DNA from: an uncultured Gammaproteobacteria bacterium | GTDB lineage: Bacteria; Patescibacteriota; Microgenomatia; Levybacterales; GWA1-39-11 | DNA length: 64,000 nucleotides | Reading direction: 5' to 3' | Assembly: GCA_964537315.1 (NCBI GenBank) | Contig: CAZIAP010000001.1 | Span: 221,938-285,937 of the forward strand | The notes under the pieces: model-generated | Database searches by the model: none | What the model was told of the DNA's origin: nothing | What the model saw: the letters and a program-made list of their open reading frames with translations, nothing else | In this document: positions 41,995 through 51,010 of the stretch, in pieces | Layout: every line of letters starts with the position of its first letter | Numbering within the stretch: the first letter of the stretch is position 1 | Translations under genes and position numbers: made by a program

Positions 41995-42357
41995 TTACTC
42001 ACTTTTAGTTTTTTTTGTCTCTTTCTGTTTATTACTACCAACTTTTATATCAGAAATCTCAACTCTTGTAAACTGAGGTCGGAATCCTGTCACTCTTCTC
42101 TGTCGTGATTTAGCCTGAAAACGTGCAGCACGAACTTTTTCACCTTTTACAGCATCGATTACTTTTGCTGCCACTGAAGCGTTTGCCACATATGGCTCTC
42201 CGATCTCTACTGATCCATCAGACACCACTAGAAGCACTTTGTCAAAATTAACAGATTCTCCTGACTCCAGGTTTAAGCTGTCAACATCAACTGTTTGACC
42301 TTTAGTAATCTTATATTGTTTTCCGCCTGTTTCGATAACTGCGTACTGCATAGCCAT
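41995..42357 (-). CDS. rplU: 50S ribosomal protein L21
   Basis: MAMQYAVIETGGKQYKITKGQTVDVD... The track ORF extends to 42399, but the conserved L21 N-terminus begins at the ATG at 42357 or 42351. Confidence 0.85.
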   Translation of the reverse strand: MAMQYAVIETGGKQYKITKGQTVDVDSLNLESGESVNFDKVLLVVSDGSVEIGEPYVANASVAAKVIDAVKGEKVRAARFQAKSRQRRVTGFRPQFTRVEISDIKVGSNKQKETKKTKSE

Positions 42358-42492
42358 TATTGTATCAAAAAAAACCCTATCGGTAAACCCCGAATCCACA
42401 CTCTATACATTCACTTATAAATCTTGAAAATTATGTATATTACTGGTTCTTATAAGATTTTATGTTTATATAACAATAAGACCCATAAGAAA

Positions 42493-43572
42493 CTACCGGA
42501 TTTCTAAAAGCGAGTGTTTGTTCTTATCGCCTACCTGAGATATTATACCAAGAATAATAAAATTTGTAAGTAGTGAGCTTCCCCCGTACGAAACAAAAGG
42601 AAGAGTAATACCCACGATAGGCAACAGCGCCATATTCATCCCAATATTAAAGAATACATGAGTTAAAAATAAAAAGTAGAATCCCGAAAGTACTAAGTAC
42701 GTAAATGTATCATTCTGCAATAGTAACATTTGATATATCTTGTACAACAAAAAAATATAAACACTGATTAAAATAATTACGCCAATAAATCCTAGGTTTT
42801 CTGAAATTGTCGCAAAGATAAAATCAGTGTGTCGTTCAGGTAAAAACTGCAGTAAAGTCTGAGTTGAGTTACCGAACCCTTTTCCAAAAACTCCTCCACT
42901 ACCTATGGATATAAGAGACTGAATAGCGTTATACGAAATTCCATATGGATCATGAGTAATATCAAAAAAAGCTGTCAGGCGATCTTTTTGATACTGGTGC
43001 AGTGTGTGGTACAACAACGGAAGTGGAATTATTACGAAAAGGGCGCTTACAAAAAAATATGAAAAGGGGAAACCATACATAATTAGCATAAAAATAAAAC
43101 TAGATGTATAAACTAAAGCATTACCTAAATCAGGCTGTTTTAAGACTAAGAAAAATACAGGGGAAAATAAAAGTATACTTTTTAAATAAGTCCCAATAGT
43201 CTTTGATTTACTACTTGCCAAAAAATGCGCAATAAATATTAAAAAAAATGGCTTAACGACTTCTGAAACTTGAAGATTAAAACCGAATATTTCTATCCAC
43301 CTCGCTGAACCACGAGCCTCAATACCAATAAAAAATACTGCAAGCAGACCTATCAACCCAATCACGTATAAATACTTCGACAAAAATCCTATTGCTCGGT
43401 AATCAACGTGAAGAATCACAATATACGCCAGCATCGATGCAACTAAGGCGAATAGCTGTTGTTTAAATATTTGTATATCAAGAATATAAAATGAGACTAA
43501 ACCAAACACCACCAGAACGATAGCAGGGACTAGCAATGAAAAATTAATCTTTTTGTTGGAAACTTTATACAT
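42493..43572 (-). CDS. SEDS family peptidoglycan glycosyltransferase (RodA/FtsW-like)
   Basis: 10-TM protein with SEDS motifs ...DRLTAFFDITHDPYGISYNAIQSLISIGSGGVFGKGFGNSTQ...PERHTDFIFA... Overlaps the 3' end of ileS by 8 nt. Confidence 0.75.
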   Translation of the reverse strand: MYKVSNKKINFSLLVPAIVLVVFGLVSFYILDIQIFKQQLFALVASMLAYIVILHVDYRAIGFLSKYLYVIGLIGLLAVFFIGIEARGSARWIEIFGFNLQVSEVVKPFFLIFIAHFLASSKSKTIGTYLKSILLFSPVFFLVLKQPDLGNALVYTSSFIFMLIMYGFPFSYFFVSALFVIIPLPLLYHTLHQYQKDRLTAFFDITHDPYGISYNAIQSLISIGSGGVFGKGFGNSTQTLLQFLPERHTDFIFATISENLGFIGVIILISVYIFLLYKIYQMLLLQNDTFTYLVLSGFYFLFLTHVFFNIGMNMALLPIVGITLPFVSYGGSSLLTNFIILGIISQVGDKNKHSLLEIR

Positions 43573-46396
43573 TTTTCCGTATCACCCTGAAATTAGAGGA
43601 CTGGGTGAGCGTATCAATAAGTGCCTGTTTTTTTATTTCTTCCGTAAACTCTTCAGGCCACTCAGGTAATTCGACATCTACACGCTCGTCGAACGTTGTT
43701 CCTTGTACTTTACGCTCTTGCTGAATCTTTCTGATAATATCGCGCACCTGGCCTACAACTAAATCTTGATTTTCTTCACTCGTATCCCCAGAAACTGTGT
43801 ACTCTGATGACTTATTTGTAAACTCAATACTGTACACATTTACCTCAGCTTTTATTATGTCCTCAATTTCATCACTCAACTTCTTCGAACCACTATATGA
43901 AAGCTCGCGCAATGGTATTTTTACCTTTATAGCGTTTGATTTTCTAAATTCATGAGCTAACGATGCCACTTTGATTGCAGAGTCCATTTCTTCTTCTAGA
44001 TTAGGTAGTATCAAGTCAGACCTTACCTCAGGCCAAGTTGAGAGATGGACAGACTCCTCTTCAGTCAAGTTACGATAAATTTCTTCCGCTAAAAATGGTG
44101 TAATTGGTGCTAGGAGTTGAGATAGCGTAACTAAAACTTTATGTGTTGTGCTATAGAATGCATCTCTATCTTCTATGTTTTCTGCTACCGGTCCAACTCT
44201 TTCTCTACTTCTGCGTACATACCATGTAGACATCTGAGAAATAAACTCTTGTAGATGATCGATTGCTTCAATCGTATTATATTCATCCAAAGATTTCGTC
44301 ACACTCTCAATCGTACCGTTCAATTTGGATATGATCCATTGATCTAAGACATTAACAGTTAACTGTTCACCATTCTCATTTTTAGGAGACCAAGCGTCAA
44401 TATTTGCATATGTTACAAAAAAGTTATATACATTCCACAAAACAAGCATCATACCTCGAACTTGATTTCGATAGTTTTCTTCAGAAATTAGGATGTCTTC
44501 ACCTTTCATCACAGGACTTCCCATTAAATATAGCCTTAGCGCGTCTCCACCATATCTTTGAAGCATGACCTTAGGATCTGGGAAATTGTTGAAATTTTTG
44601 CTCATTTTACGACCGTCAGTGCCAAGAATTACACCTTCAACTAAGACATTCTTTGCAAGAAAGTTTTTACCGTCTTCTCTTAACTGTAACGCATTTGCGA
44701 TAACATGCATTACATAAAACCATGCGCGAATCTGACCAGTGTACTCAGCTATAAAATCAGGAGGAAAAAATGAGGTTAAATCTTGATTTTCTTCAAATGG
44801 AAAATGTCGTTCCGCAAACGTTGCACTACCTGCTTCTATCCAGCTATCTAATACTTCAGGCACTCTTTTGGCCTCTTTTCCACACTCTTCACACTTGACC
44901 TTCACCTTATCGATATCAGGCTTGTGCAAATTATCAATCTTTTGATCTGACGCAGACTCGAGTTCTTTAATAGAGCCAGGTACAAATCTATGTCCTTCTT
45001 CGCATTCCCAAACAGGAACGGGAGAGCCCCAATAGCGTGAGCGAGATATACACCAGTCAGGTGCAGCTTCCAAGCTTTTTTCAAACCTACCATACTTAAA
45101 ATGAGAAGGATACCAATTTACCATCTCATTGGTATTTTTCATCTCTTTTTTTAATGACTGGACATTTACATACCACGCGTTTTGAGGCGCAAAGTATAAG
45201 CGTGTATGACACCTCCAGCAAAGCGGGACTTTGTGTGGGAGTTCTTCATCATGATAAATAAGTCCTCTCTCTGCCAAATCCTGGTTCACAACCTTATTTG
45301 CTTTTAAGTAATACATTCCTCCAAACTTCGGAACATCAGGTTTTATAGTTCCCTCTTCATCAAGGTGCATTTCTATATGCACGTTCTGCTCTTTCATTAC
45401 CTTAAGATCCTCTTCACCGTAAGCAGCAATTGTGACTACTCCTGTACCTTCTTCGGCTGATACGAAATCGCCACCAATAATCTCAAATGCTTTTTCTCCA
45501 GGCTCAATTTTGTAATAATCGTAGTGTGGTATAAATTTTTTACCCAATAGATTCTCCCCTTTATATTGATCAATTATTTTGTACGTACCCTTGAGTACTT
45601 TTATTGTACTTTCTGCCAAGATGTATTTCTCTTCTCCTTGCTGAACCGTCACATATGTCAGCTCTGGGTTTACTGCAAGAGCGGGTGTAACAATCTTATT
45701 CCACGGAGTTGTAGACCACGCAAGAATGTATGTGTTTTCGTCATCGGCCAGTTGATATTTGTATGTGGTTGCATGATCTACTATCTCTTTATAGTTATCT
45801 GCGTCCATTGCAACCTCAAAGTTGGAAATAGGCGTAGAGCAATGAGGACAGTACAATGATACCCGTAGTCCTTTATATATATATCCACGTTCGTACATCT
45901 GCTTGAAAACCCACATAACTGATTCCATATAAGAAATATCCCAGGTTTTATAAGCATTTTTAAAGTCAACCCAGCGACCAATGTGATCAACATACCATTC
46001 CCATTCATCAGAAACCTGGTTTACATAATGGAGACAACGCTCAATAAATTTTTCTACTCCTACTTTCTCTTCAATATCTTTTTTCCTGGTAATACCCAGT
46101 TCTCCTTCAACTTTATTTTCAATTGGAAGTCCATGTCCGTCCCATCCCCATACACGGCGCACACGATATCCTTTCATTGTGTAATATCTACCAAACAAGT
46201 CTTTAGGAAGACTTGAAAGCAAACTACCGTAATGAGGAAGACCAGTCACGAATGGTGGCCCGTCTACAAGCGCCCAAGTTTTATTTTCAGGTCGTGACTC
46301 AATTGATTTCTCAAATATCTTGTTTTTTTTCCAATATTCGAGGACTGAACGTTCAAGTTCAGGAAAATTAACTTTTGGTGATGTAGGTTTGAACAT
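43565..46396 (-). CDS. ileS: Isoleucine--tRNA ligase
   Basis: Class I HIGH-like PPFVTGLPHYGSLL and KMSKN (KMSKNFNNF). CP1 editing-domain-sized insertion. N-terminal FPELERSVLEYWKKNKIFEKSIE is IleS-like. Confidence 0.8.
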   Translation of the reverse strand: MFKPTSPKVNFPELERSVLEYWKKNKIFEKSIESRPENKTWALVDGPPFVTGLPHYGSLLSSLPKDLFGRYYTMKGYRVRRVWGWDGHGLPIENKVEGELGITRKKDIEEKVGVEKFIERCLHYVNQVSDEWEWYVDHIGRWVDFKNAYKTWDISYMESVMWVFKQMYERGYIYKGLRVSLYCPHCSTPISNFEVAMDADNYKEIVDHATTYKYQLADDENTYILAWSTTPWNKIVTPALAVNPELTYVTVQQGEEKYILAESTIKVLKGTYKIIDQYKGENLLGKKFIPHYDYYKIEPGEKAFEIIGGDFVSAEEGTGVVTIAAYGEEDLKVMKEQNVHIEMHLDEEGTIKPDVPKFGGMYYLKANKVVNQDLAERGLIYHDEELPHKVPLCWRCHTRLYFAPQNAWYVNVQSLKKEMKNTNEMVNWYPSHFKYGRFEKSLEAAPDWCISRSRYWGSPVPVWECEEGHRFVPGSIKELESASDQKIDNLHKPDIDKVKVKCEECGKEAKRVPEVLDSWIEAGSATFAERHFPFEENQDLTSFFPPDFIAEYTGQIRAWFYVMHVIANALQLREDGKNFLAKNVLVEGVILGTDGRKMSKNFNNFPDPKVMLQRYGGDALRLYLMGSPVMKGEDILISEENYRNQVRGMMLVLWNVYNFFVTYANIDAWSPKNENGEQLTVNVLDQWIISKLNGTIESVTKSLDEYNTIEAIDHLQEFISQMSTWYVRRSRERVGPVAENIEDRDAFYSTTHKVLVTLSQLLAPITPFLAEEIYRNLTEEESVHLSTWPEVRSDLILPNLEEEMDSAIKVASLAHEFRKSNAIKVKIPLRELSYSGSKKLSDEIEDIIKAEVNVYSIEFTNKSSEYTVSGDTSEENQDLVVGQVRDIIRKIQQERKVQGTTFDERVDVELPEWPEEFTEEIKKQALIDTLTQSSNFRVIRKNV

Positions 46397-46460
46397 AGCT
46401 ACAATTGTATCCTAATCGGGGAATATTCTCAAGGATTTCTAAGCCTATAAGTCGCTGAAG

Positions 46461-47534
46461 TTGACATTATGTTTATTTAAACGGAAAATAAAAGTAGTGG
46501 AAAAAAGAGATACATTTATCAGAAATGTTCACCTAGGACAACTCCTGGAGAATTTTCTAATTGCAGCTGTCTCCAGTATCCTAATTATACGATTTTTCCT
46601 CGCCGTAACAGGCTATCCACAAATAAGTAATGAGACATTTCATATAGCTCACATGCTCTGGGGAGGCTTTTTACTTATGATAGCATTAGTACTTACCCTC
46701 TCTTTTTTGGGAAACCGTGTACTGCGAATAGCTTCGATTGTAGGTGGAATAGGCTTTGGTGTTTTTATAGATGAACTAGGTAAGTTTATAACGAGCGATA
46801 ACGACTATTTCTTTGAACCCACTGTAGCGATTATATACTTCGTTTTCTTGGCTCTAGCCTTCACTTTTCATTATCTTGAAAGACATCGCCCGCTTACAGA
46901 AAAGGAATATGTAATGAATGCTTTCCAACTTTTTGAAGAAGTGATAAGTAATGATATGGATAGAGAAGAAAAAAGAAAATTTATGCAGTACATCAAACAC
47001 GCAAAGCACTATCCTTTCGCGGAAGAACTGGAAGCACTGTCTAAAAAAATTGAGATTTCTCCAAGTAGAAAACCTAATTTTTTTCAACGTACCTATTACT
47101 CAATTATCGATTTCTTTGACACAATAATAGAAAAGCCACTATTCAGAAAATTTGTGATAGGTTTTTTTGTATTTCAGGTATTAGTGATGTTCTCCAATGT
47201 GTTTCTCATCGCGGCGTTTAGGATCGAAAATATTCCTCTTTTTATACCAGTTATATCTGATGAATTAACGATGCTAATTTACGGTGAGCTATTCTCTATT
47301 ATTCTTTCAGGGGTATTTGTAATTTTCGGTATTTTATTTTTCAGATTTTCAAGAGAACGAGCTTATGAAATGTTTAAGTATTCAGTAATCGTCTCTATAC
47401 TTATTACCCAATTTTTTGTATTTTATCGTGAACAATTTCAGGCATTAATAGGATTAACTATTAACATTATTGTGCTGCTTGTCATAAATTTTGTAATCGA
47501 GCATGAGAGGAAAAATAAATCCAAGGTGTCTTAA
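46461..47534 (+). CDS. Hypothetical polytopic membrane protein (start codon uncertain; TTG at 46461)
   Basis: Track ORF begins with TTG, and the first in-frame ATG is ~63 codons in (HMLWGGFLLM). About 7 TM helices flank a charged central loop (EEVISNDMDREEKRKFMQYIKHAKHYPFAEELEALSKK). No recognisable motif. Confidence 0.45.
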   Translation: MTLCLFKRKIKVVEKRDTFIRNVHLGQLLENFLIAAVSSILIIRFFLAVTGYPQISNETFHIAHMLWGGFLLMIALVLTLSFLGNRVLRIASIVGGIGFGVFIDELGKFITSDNDYFFEPTVAIIYFVFLALAFTFHYLERHRPLTEKEYVMNAFQLFEEVISNDMDREEKRKFMQYIKHAKHYPFAEELEALSKKIEISPSRKPNFFQRTYYSIIDFFDTIIEKPLFRKFVIGFFVFQVLVMFSNVFLIAAFRIENIPLFIPVISDELTMLIYGELFSIILSGVFVIFGILFFRFSRERAYEMFKYSVIVSILITQFFVFYREQFQALIGLTINIIVLLVINFVIEHERKNKSKVS

Positions 47535-47538
47535 AAAA

Positions 47539-48081
47539 CTAAAATAATTTTACCGAAACGGCAGTGTCCGCAAAAAATCCTGATTGCCACTTTTTATTAT
47601 CTTTTAGTGCGCGCACATATCTACCTCCAAGCGGATCTTTTACAAATAAATTCGCGGTCACAAGCAACCCTCTTTTTTTAAGTAACCGTTCAAAGTGAAT
47701 AAGAAACTTTAATGAAGGTGCGTAGCCATCGAAGAAAACCATATCAAACTCATCTGTGAGTTCAGGTAAAATTGCTTCTGCTTTTCCGTGATATACTTTA
47801 ATTCTTTCTTGAAGATTAAGAGATTTCCAGTTGTTCTGTGCAGTATCCAAATGTGATTGATCCTGATCAATTGTATGGATAGTTGAGGCGCTATTACCAA
47901 GCGCAAGACACGCGGCTGTATATCCTAGTCCTGTCCCTAGCTCTAAGATGTTTTGTGAGTTTGTAGCAGCAACAAGAGCTGTGAGTACGTCACCATGCTG
48001 ATATGGATACCCTCCACAGCGATGCTCTTCTCTATGAGACTGTGCATCGTCAAATATTGCAGAAAGCTGATCTGTATACAT
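47539..48081 (-). CDS. Class I SAM-dependent O-methyltransferase (family 3, YrrM/TrmR/caffeoyl-CoA-OMT-like)
   Basis: ILELGTGLGYTAACLAL motif I; FDMVFFDG motif; 180 aa. Confidence 0.7.
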   Translation of the reverse strand: MYTDQLSAIFDDAQSHREEHRCGGYPYQHGDVLTALVAATNSQNILELGTGLGYTAACLALGNSASTIHTIDQDQSHLDTAQNNWKSLNLQERIKVYHGKAEAILPELTDEFDMVFFDGYAPSLKFLIHFERLLKKRGLLVTANLFVKDPLGGRYVRALKDNKKWQSGFFADTAVSVKLF

Positions 48082-48119
48082 AGTGAGTTATTATACAATA
48101 AAAATATAGACCTGAATGT

Positions 48120-49532
48120 CTATTCCTGCGTAGAAAAGAGAGATTCTAAAAATTTAAAGTCGTTTTCATTCAATGATCCAAAATAATATTTCATTTTTGC
48201 TTCGTAGCCTGATTTTCTTATTGCACACCATGATTGCATATAATCCCCTTCATAAACTTCAAATCTAGTTCCGTCTGTTTCTAATACTTTTACTTTTTCT
48301 GCAGGAAAACGATCTGACACATTTTTTTCAATGGTTTTAATCTTTTCTTCATCGTGGTCATTAAGTGAAACTGACCCTTGAATTCTTTTTCCGTCTGGAT
48401 GCCTCGCTCCTAGTTTTGAAAGTTTCCCGTTCACACTCATCCAGTACAAGATTCCGGCAATAGAAAAAGTTGCAGAGTCAGTCATAAAAAAATCTTTTAC
48501 ATAAAAATGCCCTACATTTTCTGCACCGAACTCAATTTTTCCGTCCTGTACCAGCTGGCGCACCAGAGACCTACCTACAGGAATAGGGGTAATGTCAATT
48601 AAACTAGATTTTTTAAGATCTACTGCAGTGTTATATAACGCAGGACCAACCTCGACTGCATATCCTACTGACTTTGAAGAAAACCCAAGCATGACAAGAG
48701 TTTGTATAAGACCGCTGGCAAGTATCGAACCATTCAAGTACTCTCCATTTTCATCAGCAGCAAGTACTCTATCCCCATCACTATCAAAAGCAAAACCACA
48801 GTCTAATCCATCAGCTTTTACTTTTTCAATAACCTGCTGCATATTTTTTAGTTCTGATGGATCAGCTTGGTGAGGAGTATTTGCATCGTATATTTTTCTG
48901 TCATTAATTCTAACAAACTCAACCTGAGGTAATAGCTTTTCTAATACTGAAAGAGATCGTGATCCTGATCCGTCTCCAATGTCCACCGCAATTTTAAAAT
49001 TTTTTATCTCATGCAATGGAATTAAATCTTTAATTTTTTTCGCATAGACATCTTCTATCGGAGATAAAAAGTCAGTACAGTGTGAGAGATCGTCAGAGGG
49101 GTTGGAGTATTCAATAGATTGAGCAAGGTAATAATCTTCAACTACTTTACTTACGATCTCTCCCTGAAGTGATGATCCATGCTTTGTATGAATTAGTAAA
49201 CCTGTCCAATTCCAAGGATTATGAGACGCAGTAAACATAATAGACAAGTCAAAATCAAATTGATACGCTCCTGCTGTTACGTAATCGATAGGTACTTTAT
49301 CCATATAGCTTACTTCTACTTGTTTATCATTTAAAGCGTGAATAAAGTTTAATGCAAGCGACTTGCTCGACTCCCTAGTATCCCAACCAATAAGTACTTT
49401 TTTAACCTCAAACGTACTGCAAAGAGCGTGCGCGAGATAGAATGCGTCAGAGTCTTTTATATCCTGGTTATATACACCACGGAAATCGAATTTTTTTACA
49501 AATGGAGGTGTCTTGTCGGGCATGGCAACCAT
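48120..49532 (-). CDS. Phosphohexomutase (phosphoglucomutase/phosphomannomutase/phosphoglucosamine mutase family)
   Basis: Active-site phosphoserine loop TASHNPWNW; metal-binding FDSDGDR; four-domain alpha-D-phosphohexomutase layout. Confidence 0.85.
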   Translation of the reverse strand: MVAMPDKTPPFVKKFDFRGVYNQDIKDSDAFYLAHALCSTFEVKKVLIGWDTRESSKSLALNFIHALNDKQVEVSYMDKVPIDYVTAGAYQFDFDLSIMFTASHNPWNWTGLLIHTKHGSSLQGEIVSKVVEDYYLAQSIEYSNPSDDLSHCTDFLSPIEDVYAKKIKDLIPLHEIKNFKIAVDIGDGSGSRSLSVLEKLLPQVEFVRINDRKIYDANTPHQADPSELKNMQQVIEKVKADGLDCGFAFDSDGDRVLAADENGEYLNGSILASGLIQTLVMLGFSSKSVGYAVEVGPALYNTAVDLKKSSLIDITPIPVGRSLVRQLVQDGKIEFGAENVGHFYVKDFFMTDSATFSIAGILYWMSVNGKLSKLGARHPDGKRIQGSVSLNDHDEEKIKTIEKNVSDRFPAEKVKVLETDGTRFEVYEGDYMQSWCAIRKSGYEAKMKYYFGSLNENDFKFLESLFSTQE

Positions 49533-49585
49533 TCCATTGTAGCATGAGACGACCGCCTTTTTCTATTAATTATATTTAAGGTTAT

Positions 49586-49640
49586 TTAAGGTTGAACCTT
49601 AATTGCCAGAAATTTAAAGCTAACCAAGGTTCAACCTTTA
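49586..49640. repeat. REP-like palindromic repeats (2 copies) 3' of the RAYT gene: TTAAGGTTGAACCTTAA (49586-49602) and CCAAGGTTCAACCTTTA (49624-49640), plus a half-site at ~49576-49584
   Basis: Core AAGGTT(G/C)AACCTT is a 13-nt imperfect palindrome. The same core recurs twice on the other side of the transposase gene. Confidence 0.55.
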
Positions 49641-49643
49641 TTG

Positions 49644-50312
49644 CTATTCTTTTTCTAAAGTCATTGATCCTAAAATATCAGAAGAATCACCTGCATAGTC
49701 CTCTACAAAGCTTTTATAAGAATTAATTTTATAGTTATCTATAGAGGCATTAAAGTATCGTAAAACTTCATGAGGTTTGATCCAACTTGCATTTCTCATT
49801 CCAAGATAATAAGAGTAGCTTGAATATTTATTAAATTCTAATTTTTCATTTGAAAGATTGATAGGATTTAAATGAATATATCGACTGAGATGCAAAAGGT
49901 AAGAATCTTGATCGATTATGCATGCCTTGTATATGCTTTCAAATAAAGGTCCCCTCCTGTGGTATTTGCTATTAAAATACATTACATAGGCTGTAATTAA
50001 CCTCTTCATAAACTTTGTAATACCAACATTAGTGTGTTGTTTAAGAAGTAAATGAAAATGGTTCGGCATTAGAGAAAATGCCAGCATATCAACTTGTGTA
50101 GACAAATTCATAGAAAGAAATCTCAGTATTCTTTTGTCTTGCTGTAAAAGAATTTGTATATCATCTTTAGGAGATAAATAAATTGATATATAGTATAAGA
50201 AAACTTTACAATCTTGTTCATCTATAAATATATTTCGCTTGTCTATTCCTCGATTGTAAACATGATAATACCCGTTCTCTATATAACTTTTTATGATATT
50301 TCTTGAAGGCAT
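49644..50312 (-). mobile_element. REP-associated tyrosine transposase (RAYT) / IS200-like HuH-Y1 transposase
   Basis: YHVYNRGIDKRNIF; HuH motif MPNHFHLLL; catalytic Tyr context LSRYIHLNPI. 222 aa, flanked on both sides by the palindrome AAGGTT(G/C)AACCTT. Confidence 0.7.
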
Positions 50313-50326
50313 AATTTAATATTCAA

Positions 50327-50380
50327 TCAAGGTTGATCCTTTGTCAAGCACGATAATTGTTCTATCAAGGTTCAACCTTT
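50327..50380. repeat. REP-like palindromic repeats (2 copies) 5' of the RAYT gene: CAAGGTTGATCCTTT (50327-50341, one mismatch) and CAAGGTTCAACCTTTA (50365-50380)
   Basis: Same AAGGTT(G/C)AACCTT core as at 49586-49640. Lies in the divergent intergenic region between the RAYT and the dioxygenase-like gene. Confidence 0.55.
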
Positions 50381-50403
50381 ATAAATGGTGTATACTTAAA
50401 TTT

Positions 50404-51009
50404 ATGAAATCTTTTTCTCTTCCGTTAGCTCTAGTAGTTTTAGCTGTAGTCATAATTGCTACGCTTATTTTTAGAATTAAAAGTACAGGTAATGAGCCAT
50501 TTACTATGAATACATCCAATGTAGCTTCTGAAGACTGTATTCCTACTTTTGCTGATGGTGGTGGACCTTACTATCAAGAAAACTCACCTTTCAGAGAAAA
50601 AATTGTACCAGAAAATAATGAGGGCATAAAATTATTGGTATCAGGTAAAGTCTTGCTAAATGATTGTAAAACTCCAGTATCAAATGCTGTGATTGACATC
50701 TGGCAAGCAAATGAGTCAGGAGACTATCAAGACGAATGGTACAGAGGAAAAATAAATACAGACAATAAAGGTAGCTATTCCTTTGAAACTGTAGTTCCTA
50801 AAGGATATGGTGAAGGCACAGGATATAGGCCGCCACACATTCATTTTAAAATTTTTGTAGACGATCAAGAGATAATAACATCCCAGATGTTTTTTCCTGA
50901 AGTTAAAGGAACTCCTGGATTTGAGGATGCATACATTATGAAAGTAGAAGAAACGGAAAGAAGTGGAGACAGAATTTTAGAAGCAAATCACAATATTATT
51001 CTACCTTAA
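50404..51009 (+). CDS. Secreted intradiol ring-cleavage dioxygenase-like protein (Dioxygenase_C fold)
   Basis: Preferred start is the ATG at 50404 (MKSFSLPLALVVLAVVIIATLIF signal or anchor). The track start at 50341 overlaps the REP. Core VSGKVLLNDCKTPVSNAVIDIWQANESGDYQDEWYRGKINTDNKGSYSFETVVPKGYGEGTGYRPPHIHFKIFV contains the intradiol dioxygenase Y...Y...RPxHxHF iron-ligand motif. Confidence 0.6.
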   Translation: MKSFSLPLALVVLAVVIIATLIFRIKSTGNEPFTMNTSNVASEDCIPTFADGGGPYYQENSPFREKIVPENNEGIKLLVSGKVLLNDCKTPVSNAVIDIWQANESGDYQDEWYRGKINTDNKGSYSFETVVPKGYGEGTGYRPPHIHFKIFVDDQEIITSQMFFPEVKGTPGFEDAYIMKVEETERSGDRILEANHNIILP

Positions 51010-51010
51010 A

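Noticed and set aside
47995-48186. 63-aa plus-strand ORF spanning the methyltransferase/phosphohexomutase boundary
   Set aside because: It overlaps the 5' end of the O-methyltransferase gene and the 3' end of the mutase gene on the opposite strand. It has a hydrophobic low-complexity translation and is likely spurious.
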